Assembly (NCBI GenBank): GCA_964604245.1
Contig: CAZRYJ010000003.1
Coordinates: forward strand, 1 to 44,880
Length of the DNA stretch: 44,880 bases
DNA from: an uncultured bacterium
GTDB taxonomy: Bacteria; Hydrothermota; UBA3072
Direction of reading: 5' to 3'
The translations under genes were made by a program, and so were the position numbers. Below, piece by piece: positions 24,088 through 31,780 of this stretch (position 1 is its first letter; each line of letters opens with the position of its first letter). Below the pieces are notes generated by a model that was not told where the DNA came from, did no database searches, and worked only from the letters and a program-made list of their open reading frames with translations.

Positions 24088-24303
24088 ATGAAAATTGAGG
24101 CGCCTTTATTCTTGCTTGGATGTACTTTTGTAAGCATAGGAATTCTATTTATGTTATTTGCTAAAATTCCATTCTTTTCGCGTTTACCGGGAAGCATAGT
24201 AATTGAGAGAAGAAATTTTGTATTTCTCTTCCCCCTGGTTTTCTGTATTTCTGCTTCTATAATTCTAACGTTGGCACTAAATTTATTTTTTGCCAGAAAA
24301 TAG
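24088..24303 (+). CDS. small membrane protein, DUF2905-like
   Basis: 71 aa with two TM helices flanking RLPGSIVIERRNFVFLFP, which resembles the DUF2905 core (LPGDI.ieR.nf.fyfP). Confidence 0.6.
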   Translation: MKIEAPLFLLGCTFVSIGILFMLFAKIPFFSRLPGSIVIERRNFVFLFPLVFCISASIILTLALNLFFARK

Positions 24304-24312
24304 AGGCGGAAA

Positions 24313-25053
24313 GTGAAAACGGATTCTCTTGTTATTATCCCAACTTATAATGAGAATGATAACATTGCATCTATCATTAAAGAAGTTCTACTTCAAGGAA
24401 ACGAATTTGAGGTCTTGATTGTTGATGATAATTCTCCCGATGGCACCAGCAATACCGTTAAAAAAATCCAAAAAAGGGAATCTGACAAAAAGAACAAAAG
24501 AGTACATTTAATCCAGCGGGAAAAGAAAATGGGGTTAGGAAGCGCCTATATTGCCGGTTTCAAGTGGGCATTGGAAAGAAATTATGATTTCATATTTGAA
24601 ATGGATGCCGATTTCTCCCACGATCCTTCTAACCTTGTAAAATTACAAAAAACCCTAATTGAAGATAAAATGGATCTTGTACTTGGCTCGAGGTACAAAA
24701 AAGGCGTCAATGTAATAAACTGGCCTATGTCGCGCCTTATCTTAAGCTATTTTGCAAATATTTTTGCTAAAACGGTAACCGGGGTACCTCTCACCGATCT
24801 TACCAGTGGTTTTAAGGGCATAAGAAAATCTGTCCTTGAAAATCTAAATTTTGAAAAATTTGATGCCGAAGGATATGGATTTCAGATAGAAATCCATTTT
24901 TACACATATTGGAAGAGATTTAAAATCAAGGAAATTCCCATTGTTTTCGTCGAACGCAGAATTGGAAATTCCAAAATGTCAAAAAAAATCGTATGGGAAG
25001 CTTTCTGGCTGGTCTGGAAGTTGGGGTTACGCAGATTAATTAAAAAAATATGA
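24313..25053 (+). CDS. GT2 polyprenol-phosphate mannosyl/glycosyltransferase (Dpm1-like)
   Basis: IIPTYNENDNI, VDDNSPDGT, EMDADFSHDP, with a GTG start. Confidence 0.85.
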   Translation: MKTDSLVIIPTYNENDNIASIIKEVLLQGNEFEVLIVDDNSPDGTSNTVKKIQKRESDKKNKRVHLIQREKKMGLGSAYIAGFKWALERNYDFIFEMDADFSHDPSNLVKLQKTLIEDKMDLVLGSRYKKGVNVINWPMSRLILSYFANIFAKTVTGVPLTDLTSGFKGIRKSVLENLNFEKFDAEGYGFQIEIHFYTYWKRFKIKEIPIVFVERRIGNSKMSKKIVWEAFWLVWKLGLRRLIKKI

Positions 25054-25916
25054 CCCTTATTATCGGGATTGTAAACTATAACACAAAAAAGGATTTAAAA
25101 AAATGTATAAAATCAATACTACAGAAACCTCCAGAGTGTAGCTTCCGAATCATTATTGTGGATAACAATTCGAAAGACGGAAGTAAAATATTTCTAAAAC
25201 AAATAAAACAAAAAAATATTAAGTACATTTTAAATAAGGAAAACAGGGGATTTGGTGCAGCGTGTAATCAGATAGCAAAAACGCAGAATTCTTCCTATAT
25301 TTTATTTTTAAATCCCGATGTTGAAATTAGAAAAAATTCGATAGATAAACTTATAAATTTTTTAAAAAAGAATGAAAAAGTAGGTATAGTTACGGGGAAA
25401 TTACTTTTCCCCGATGGTTCCCTCCAACTTTCTTGCAGGAAATTCCCTACGATTCTAAGAGCTCTTTTTGGGAGGGAGTCAACCTTGCGAAAAATTTTTC
25501 CCAATAACATGATTTCAAAAGAATACTTGATGTCGGAGCTTGATTACAATAAAATCCAATTTCCTGATTGGGTGAGAGGCGCTGTGATACTTTTTAAAAC
25601 AGATATTTTTGAAAAAATCGGCGGTTTTGACGAAAAATTCTTTCTGTATTTTGAAGATACGGACATTTGCCTGCGTCTCAGAGAAAAAGGCTATAAAACA
25701 GCATATCTACCTGAAGCTGTTTTTTACCACAAATTGGGATCAAGCACAAAAAAAGAACAGTTAAAAACAAAAATTATCCATAATATATCTATGTTTCATT
25801 ATATTAAAAAAAATATGAATTATAATTTCATCTTTCTTTCTTTCCTTTTCATCGCTCTGATAACAAGACTTATTTTTGTTTTTATGGTATTATCTATAAA
25901 GGATATGAAAAAATGA
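25050..25916 (+). CDS. GT2 family glycosyltransferase with C-terminal TM helix
   Basis: IVNYNTKKDL, VDNNSKDGS, YFEDTDICLRL (rhamnosyltransferase-like GT2). 4-nt overlap with the upstream gene. Confidence 0.85.
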   Translation: MTLIIGIVNYNTKKDLKKCIKSILQKPPECSFRIIIVDNNSKDGSKIFLKQIKQKNIKYILNKENRGFGAACNQIAKTQNSSYILFLNPDVEIRKNSIDKLINFLKKNEKVGIVTGKLLFPDGSLQLSCRKFPTILRALFGRESTLRKIFPNNMISKEYLMSELDYNKIQFPDWVRGAVILFKTDIFEKIGGFDEKFFLYFEDTDICLRLREKGYKTAYLPEAVFYHKLGSSTKKEQLKTKIIHNISMFHYIKKNMNYNFIFLSFLFIALITRLIFVFMVLSIKDMKK

Positions 25917-27253
25917 TTCAAGAAAAAAAGCACTATATAAGATTCACGATAACTTTATTTGATATCATTATCTTGATATTTACCTACTGGTTAACAGTAA
26001 TAATCAGAGCAAATATACCCTCCTCAACAGGACAAATCACCGAATGGTACTTTTCTTATTACGTAAAAATATTTCCAATCTTTTTAATCACATTCGCACC
26101 CGTCATATACCTCAACAATTTAACTTTGCAGAATTTTCCTGTTGATAAATATAATTTCTATTTAAGAACAACTCTCTCGTTTCTAATAGCCATTGCAATA
26201 TATATAGTCATACTTTATTATTTTAAATTATTCAATCAGAGTCGTGTTGCTCTTTTATTCTTTGGACTTTTCTCGGTAACTCTTATGATATTAAATAGAG
26301 AATTGATTTCAAAAAATCCTAAGAACTCGATAAAAACGATTGTGTTTGGGAAAGTAAAAGCCGCAAAAGAGCTTGAAACCTTATTTTCACTTCACGATTT
26401 TTTTGGGATAAAAATAGTAGAAGTGCTCAATAAAGTTCCTGAAAATTTAACGGAACTTTTGAAAGATGAACCTATCGAATGGATTATAATTACGGAAAAA
26501 ACCCACAAAAAATATATCAACAAACTCGAGAATCTTGGGATAACCGTTTCTTATTATCTAAAAGAAGTATTTGGAAGCATACCCGGTTTTGTTTCTCTTG
26601 AAACTTCTTTACCATCACCAATAATCACTTTTCACCCCTTCCCACCCCATTATGCGGGATTATTTATTAAATATACATTAGACCGAATATTGTCTTTCAT
26701 GGCAATATTTCTTTTGTTTCCAATATTCGTTATAATCACCATTTCAATAAAATTAACTTCAAAAGGAGCTGTAATATATAAACATCCCAGAGTAGGTTTA
26801 AATGGGAAAATTTTTTCTATGTTTAAATTCAGAACAATGTTTGAAAATGCCGACGAAACAAAGAAAAACCTACAACATTTAAATAAAATGGATAAGGTAG
26901 TATTTAAAATAAAAAACGATCCGAGAATAACAAGAATCGGAAGACTTCTCAGGCGTTTCAGTCTTGATGAACTACCTCAATTATTTAATGTCTTAAAAGG
27001 AAATATGTCACTGGTTGGGCCCAGACCCCCTCTAATTGAAGAAGTGAACCAATACGAAAATTGGCAAAGGAAAAGACTATCTATAAAACCGGGATTAACC
27101 TGTCTATGGCTAATAAATGGACGTTCCGATTTACCATTTGAGGAATGGATGGAACTCGATTTGGAATACATAAATAACTGGTCATTAAGCCTGGATTTCT
27201 TCATTCTCTTAAAAACAATCCCGGTTATTTTATCAGGAAAGGGAGCTTATTGA
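25913..27253 (+). CDS. exopolysaccharide polyprenyl-phosphate glycosylphosphotransferase (bacterial sugar transferase family)
   Basis: Multi-TM N-terminus and a C-terminal catalytic domain with KFRTM, DELPQLFNVLKGNMSLVGPRP. Confidence 0.9.
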   Translation: MIQEKKHYIRFTITLFDIIILIFTYWLTVIIRANIPSSTGQITEWYFSYYVKIFPIFLITFAPVIYLNNLTLQNFPVDKYNFYLRTTLSFLIAIAIYIVILYYFKLFNQSRVALLFFGLFSVTLMILNRELISKNPKNSIKTIVFGKVKAAKELETLFSLHDFFGIKIVEVLNKVPENLTELLKDEPIEWIIITEKTHKKYINKLENLGITVSYYLKEVFGSIPGFVSLETSLPSPIITFHPFPPHYAGLFIKYTLDRILSFMAIFLLFPIFVIITISIKLTSKGAVIYKHPRVGLNGKIFSMFKFRTMFENADETKKNLQHLNKMDKVVFKIKNDPRITRIGRLLRRFSLDELPQLFNVLKGNMSLVGPRPPLIEEVNQYENWQRKRLSIKPGLTCLWLINGRSDLPFEEWMELDLEYINNWSLSLDFFILLKTIPVILSGKGAY

Positions 27254-29313
27254 ATTTTTTAATTCTACTTTTATTTTTTAACACTTCAGAAAATAAACAG
27301 TTAAAGAAACTCAGAAACTTTTATCAGCTACCGCTGTTAATCGAACCTTCATTTGTGAAAAAGGAAGAAGCCTATTTAAATCTAGCTGTTATAGATATAA
27401 GGCTTAATGAATTAGAAAGAGCTTTGAATGAGGCAAAAAAAGCAGAATACTATGATAGAAAAATCGAAGCCACTTATCTCGAAGGAGTTATTTATCACCT
27501 CAAAGGAGATAATGAAAAAGCTACTTTAAAATTTAAAGAACTTAACCAGTGGGAATATACCTGCTTTTTAGAAAACCTTTACCTTCTTTCTATGGAAAAA
27601 GGGTTACCTCCTCAAATGGTAAAAACTCTACCTGACTCTCTCAGTTTTTATTTTATTTTTTATGAAAAAGATACATCGAAAATTTTAAACCAGATAGACA
27701 ACTCAATTCTGCCTCTGTGGCAAAATTTTCTTGGAAGAGGTTACTTATGTTACAAAAGAGAAAAATTTAGAAGAGCTTTAAATTATTTTAATGAATCTTA
27801 TAAAATCCAACCCGCCAAATATACCGGCATATATATAATCTCTACGCTATTTCAACTTAATGAATTTGATAGCCTTTTATCTTTTAAAGCAAAGCATTCT
27901 ATAAATACCCCCCTAACAAATTATCTCGAAGGTGAAGTCTTCTATAAAAAAGGAGAAATAGAAAGGGCGCTAGAAATTTTTCTATCCGATACCAATTCTA
28001 AATATAAAACGCATGCTATTTTCGGAGCGGGATGGAGTCAATATCATTTGGCAAAATATTCAAAAAGCGCTAAATTATTTGAGAGGTTTCTTGAAGTTTA
28101 CGAAGAAAAAGAATTAGAACAATATGCCTTATATCGTCTTGCGCGTGCTCAACTTAAACAAGGCAAAGTTGAAAGCCTGGAATACTTTAAAAGAATAGTG
28201 AAAGAATACCCTGATTCTCCCCTTAGAGACGATGCCTGTCTCCTCCTTGGTAAAATCAACTTTTTACTCAACAATTACGAAGAAGCAATTAAATGGTTAA
28301 ATCTCTTCACAAAAGAGTTCCCTTCATCTCGTTGGGCACCAAATGTCTATAAATACCTTGGGGAAATTTTCAAAAATAAGGAAGAGTACGATACAGCTTT
28401 AAATTACTATGAAAAAATATTATCACTCAGCTGGGCTTCTTCAGATTTGTTTGACGAAGCAAGATATAGTATAGAGGAAATCAAATGGAAAAAAGGTGAA
28501 TATCCCACAAAGATAAATATGTATAAAGCTTTCACAAATAAGTATCCTGAAAATCGAAGGACTCCATCCTTGCTTTTAAAAATAGGTGAATACTACCATG
28601 CGGCAAAAAGATACGATTTAGCAATTCAATATAACAATAAAATCCTATTAAATCATTCCGAATCCGAAGAAGCGAATGAATCCCTATTAATTCTTGTAAA
28701 AATTTACCGGGAGATGGGTGACAGAAAAAGTGCTATTGAGTTACTAAAAAAAGGGTTACAGGAAAGACCGGAATTAAACAATGAAATAAACCTGAAACTT
28801 GGTGAGATTTATTACGAAGCCGGCGAATTAAAAAAATCAATCAAATATTACAAAGAAGTCACCTCAAAAATTCTCAAACCCTATACTCTATATCAAATCA
28901 GTATAATTTATCAAGAACTCGGTCTTTTTAAAGAAGCTCGAATACCTTTAAAAAATATCATAGATAATTTTCAGGGATCGGAATACTTAGACGAAGCTTA
29001 TTTACTTATCGCAAAAACTTATATGCATGATGGCTCTCTAAAAAAAGCAATTGAAATCTTAAACGAAGGTTTAGCAAAATTAGAACATAAAGAAATAGGA
29101 CCTTTGCTTTCCTTCAAAGCTGAAATCTACTGTGAATTCAAAGATGAAGAAGCTCTCGACTTATATTTAGAAAGCGTCAAATTAACTTATGATAATAAAA
29201 GGAAAATAAAAATTTTAGAAAATGGTAGAAAATGTGCAATAAGACTTAACCGGTACGATAAGGCTGAAATGTTCGAAGACCTTATAAATGAACTTAAATT
29301 CCCAAAAGAATAA
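27250..29313 (+). CDS. TPR repeat protein
   Basis: 687 aa with many 34-aa A/Y/L-patterned repeats (e.g. AIKWLNLFTKEFPSSRWAPNVYKYLGEIF, ALNYYEKIL). Overlaps the sugar transferase by 4 nt. Confidence 0.8.
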   Translation: MNFLILLLFFNTSENKQLKKLRNFYQLPLLIEPSFVKKEEAYLNLAVIDIRLNELERALNEAKKAEYYDRKIEATYLEGVIYHLKGDNEKATLKFKELNQWEYTCFLENLYLLSMEKGLPPQMVKTLPDSLSFYFIFYEKDTSKILNQIDNSILPLWQNFLGRGYLCYKREKFRRALNYFNESYKIQPAKYTGIYIISTLFQLNEFDSLLSFKAKHSINTPLTNYLEGEVFYKKGEIERALEIFLSDTNSKYKTHAIFGAGWSQYHLAKYSKSAKLFERFLEVYEEKELEQYALYRLARAQLKQGKVESLEYFKRIVKEYPDSPLRDDACLLLGKINFLLNNYEEAIKWLNLFTKEFPSSRWAPNVYKYLGEIFKNKEEYDTALNYYEKILSLSWASSDLFDEARYSIEEIKWKKGEYPTKINMYKAFTNKYPENRRTPSLLLKIGEYYHAAKRYDLAIQYNNKILLNHSESEEANESLLILVKIYREMGDRKSAIELLKKGLQERPELNNEINLKLGEIYYEAGELKKSIKYYKEVTSKILKPYTLYQISIIYQELGLFKEARIPLKNIIDNFQGSEYLDEAYLLIAKTYMHDGSLKKAIEILNEGLAKLEHKEIGPLLSFKAEIYCEFKDEEALDLYLESVKLTYDNKRKIKILENGRKCAIRLNRYDKAEMFEDLINELKFPKE

Positions 29314-29316
29314 AAT

Positions 29317-29349
29317 GAACCACGAAAAGAAACAAAGAAACAACGAATT
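29317..29349 (+). repeat. CACGAA-word module
   Basis: gaaCCACGAAaagaaacaaagaaaCAACGAAtt. Confidence 0.7.
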
Positions 29350-29411
29350 ACACCCCGATACAGTCATTCTTCCTTACGGGGCTGGCAAATAACACAAATC
29401 AATTAAAAAAA

Positions 29412-29492
29412 TTTACCACAGAGGACACAGAGAAAAAGACACACAGAGCACACAATACTCCAATAATAGCCACGGATGTACACAGATTTAAT
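29412..29492 (+). repeat. CACAGAG element plus CCAATAAT linker plus GAT-word module
   Basis: tttaCCACAGAGgaCACAGAGaaaaagaCACACAGAGcacacaatactCCAATAATagCCACGGATgtaCACAGATTtaat. Confidence 0.8.
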
Positions 29493-29526
29493 ATATATTT
29501 TTTTGATTTAACAACAATAAAGGATA

Positions 29527-29570
29527 GGGTGGTTGGGTAATCTTGTGTTAATCTGTACAATCTCGTGGTT
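29527..29570 (-). repeat. GATT-word element (full form), reverse orientation, abutting the purC stop
   Basis: Reverse complement: aaCCACgagattgtACAgattaaCACaagattaCCCAACCaccc. Confidence 0.8.
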
Positions 29571-29575
29571 ACTAG

Positions 29576-30583
29576 TTATTTCACCAGATCTGATAAATTT
29601 TTTACTATTTTATCCAGAGAGGGTACATCGAAGAATTTTTTCCCGGAAATCAAGTTTGCAACTGACTGATACATCTGGGAAACCGCTTTTTTCAACTCCT
29701 TCGGCAAAGGCTCAGGGGAAATCTTTATAAGAGACTTCCAATCCTTAAAATTCTTTTCTTTTGCTTTTTTAACTTCTTTGTACCATTTGGACTTTCTGTA
29801 GTGTTTACGTAGTATTTCCTTACTTAAAGCAATCTCATTAAAAAGGAATCGGCATTCATCAAGTGTTCCCAATGCATCAACCACCATAATAAAACCTCTA
29901 TCATCCATTGCAAATTCAAGTTTTCCGTCCTGATTAACAATACCGGCTTTCTCCGTTACTTCTGTAATAATATTACTAACATTTAAAAGCATACTCTTTA
30001 TTTCTTCGATCTGGTCGGTGTCAAGATTGGATAACCGCCTTGCTTCTTCCCACGATAAATATCTATCAGTTTCTTCCAATTTTGTCGATACATCCAGAAT
30101 AGGTTTTTCTAAAGAGACATTGGGAGTTATTTCATGTTCGTATTTAATCTCTCCCCTGTTGTATCTTTCCCAGAAAGAAGAACCTTCGGGTACAGAATTC
30201 CTATAAATGCATTCCAGGGGAATGAGAAAATTCTTTAAGACATTTTTGTAAACAGAATAATCATATTCTCCATTTTTTATCTCAGGTTTTACCACACGAA
30301 CAAGTTTAACTTTAATTGTATTGAAAGGTTTATCGACTTTACCGAAATCATGTGTTTTTCCACCGATAACAGCTCCGAGGTAATGATTGGGAATACCTCT
30401 TTTTCTCAGAATCTCGAAGAAATGGGAAGTAATTATTGCCAGAGATGAACCTTTATTGGGTATATGATCCGGCATCTCCCCCCAATCAAAAACCGAGTAC
30501 CTATCAGAGAATTCAAAAAATCCAAATCCTAACTTACTATCTGTGGGTTTCTCAACCACCGAAAGATCCTTTACGCTACCCAT
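29576..30583 (-). CDS. purC: phosphoribosylaminoimidazole-succinocarboxamide synthase (long form)
   Basis: GSVKDL....F.FSDRYSVFDWG N-terminal SAICAR synthetase signature. Overlaps purE by 8 nt. Confidence 0.9.
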   Translation of the reverse strand: MGSVKDLSVVEKPTDSKLGFGFFEFSDRYSVFDWGEMPDHIPNKGSSLAIITSHFFEILRKRGIPNHYLGAVIGGKTHDFGKVDKPFNTIKVKLVRVVKPEIKNGEYDYSVYKNVLKNFLIPLECIYRNSVPEGSSFWERYNRGEIKYEHEITPNVSLEKPILDVSTKLEETDRYLSWEEARRLSNLDTDQIEEIKSMLLNVSNIITEVTEKAGIVNQDGKLEFAMDDRGFIMVVDALGTLDECRFLFNEIALSKEILRKHYRKSKWYKEVKKAKEKNFKDWKSLIKISPEPLPKELKKAVSQMYQSVANLISGKKFFDVPSLDKIVKNLSDLVK

Positions 30584-31046
30584 TAATCTTTTTATCCTCC
30601 TTATCTATCTTTTGCTTATAAACTTTTTGATATTCAAATATTTTCTCCTGTAAACTATTATCACGAAGTCCAAGTATTTTAATAGCAGCGAGTGCAGCCT
30701 GCTCCGAACCAAGCACAACCATAGGAGCAACCCCACTTGGCATTCTAAGGCTCGAAAAAATATCTGCTCCTCCAAACTTCTCAGAATATGGGGGTGCAGC
30801 GATAACCGGTTTAGTCGTGTTAGCGTCTATGAAACCACTCAAAGCATTACTTCTTCCCGCAATTGTGATATAAACAACTTCTTCATCTATGTTCTCTTTC
30901 AATATTTCAAGAACCTTATCCGGAGTTTTATGTGCTGAAGCGACCCTTAACTCACAATGAATCCCAAACTCTCTTGCTACTTTTTCTACCTTTTTAGCAT
31001 AGTCCAGATCTTTAGACGAACCCATAATAATTAAAATTTTAGCCAT
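30576..31046 (-). CDS. purE: 5-(carboxyamino)imidazole ribonucleotide mutase / AIR carboxylase catalytic subunit
   Basis: IIMGSSKDL......L.EFGI..ELRVASAHKTPDKV, then GRSNALSG and VPMV-like motifs. Confidence 0.9.
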   Translation of the reverse strand: MAKILIIMGSSKDLDYAKKVEKVAREFGIHCELRVASAHKTPDKVLEILKENIDEEVVYITIAGRSNALSGFIDANTTKPVIAAPPYSEKFGGADIFSSLRMPSGVAPMVVLGSEQAALAAIKILGLRDNSLQEKIFEYQKVYKQKIDKEDKKING

Positions 31047-31048
31047 AA

Positions 31049-31639
31049 TTATCCTTTTGTACCCCCTCCAGGGATTACTATTCTAGATTTTACTTTATCT
31101 TTTAGCTCTTTTTTCTTTGGAGTTAAAAGTCCGGATCCGCTTTCTTCAAATTCCTCTTCGGAAACACCTTTAAATTTAGGCTTTTCTATGTTCTCAGTAT
31201 CATTCGTTTCAACTTTTTTGGGCAAAAATTCGTACAAAAAAGCCCAGACCCTACTATTATCTGCAAGAGAACTATTGAGGGCGCTTCTTATAAAGACCGC
31301 TATAAAAAAGACATTCGCATCTAACGGAAGACCTTGATATAAAAATTGAAGTACCATAAGTGTCGCCTCGCCTTTTGGATTATCCCTATATTTCTCCGCA
31401 TACCTTTTTAATTTCTCTTTAATTACTGAAAGAAGAGCAGGAGTCACTGTCCTTTTAAGACCTTCCTGAAGAAATTCCTTACTATCTTTTATCTTCCCCT
31501 CAGCCACTTCCTTTAGAAAGGCATCCAGTTCTTTAGTTTTAACCTTAACTCTACGAAACTCATCTTCGTAAGGTAAATTGATCATTAAAGCAGTCAAATT
31601 ATAAAAACGCTCATCTGATATTTTCTTATTTTTGTTCAT
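31049..31639 (-). CDS. hypothetical protein (first gene of the purE-purC transcription unit)
   Basis: The ORF is real by length and by coupling (2-nt gap to purE). I move the start to the ATG at 31639 (MNKNKKISDERF) because the track TTG start at 31663 lies inside the promoter spacer. No family recognised. Confidence 0.55.
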   Translation of the reverse strand: MNKNKKISDERFYNLTALMINLPYEDEFRRVKVKTKELDAFLKEVAEGKIKDSKEFLQEGLKRTVTPALLSVIKEKLKRYAEKYRDNPKGEATLMVLQFLYQGLPLDANVFFIAVFIRSALNSSLADNSRVWAFLYEFLPKKVETNDTENIEKPKFKGVSEEEFEESGSGLLTPKKKELKDKVKSRIVIPGGGTKG

Positions 31640-31645
31640 ATTTTC

Positions 31646-31673
31646 ATTATAAAAAACAGACAACTTTTGTCAA
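31646..31673 (-). promoter_or_regulatory. consensus sigma70 promoter, apparently leaderless
   Basis: On the minus strand: TTGACA (31673..31668), a 16-nt spacer, then TATAAT (31651..31646). The ATG at 31639 follows after 6 nt. Confidence 0.6.
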
Positions 31674-31691
31674 GGAAAAAAAAGATGAACT

Positions 31692-31726
31692 TAGCCACGA
31701 AGACACCAAGGCTCCAAGAAAAAAGG
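31692..31726 (+). repeat. CACGAAG/CACCAAG word module
   Basis: tagCCACGAAGaCACCAAGgctCCAAGaaaaaagg. Confidence 0.65.
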
Positions 31727-31750
31727 AAAGTTTTTTATTAAATTTTAAAT

Positions 31751-31778
31751 CCTTAGTGTCTTTGTGTCTTTGTGGCAT
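31751..31778 (-). repeat. CACAAAG word module, inverted relative to 31692..31726
   Basis: Reverse complement: atgCCACAAAGaCACAAAGaCACtaagg. Confidence 0.7.
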
Positions 31779-31780
31779 AA

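Noticed and set aside
23994-24197. 67-aa minus-strand ORF ending ..FFNHREHRER. The ORFs at 44488..44745 (..LCVLCVSAVK..), 29533..29730 and 36143..36454 are of the same kind.
   Set aside because: They are translations of the CACAGAG/GATT word repeats or antisense to well-supported genes (DUF2905, purC, OMP). They have no RBS, are low-complexity and overlap promoters.
29355-29379. CCCCG...CGGGG inverted repeat in the TPR/purC convergent gap as a terminator.
   Set aside because: The stem is only 5 bp around a ~15-nt loop, and no T-run follows. It is not convincing.
31640-31663. Track start (TTG 31663) for the hypothetical gene upstream of purE, and the ATG at 35558 for the first OMP.
   Set aside because: 31663 falls in the spacer of a consensus TTGACA-16-TATAAT promoter. 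35558 abuts the AGGAGGG RBS with no spacing, and the downstream ATGs (31639, 35564) fit better.
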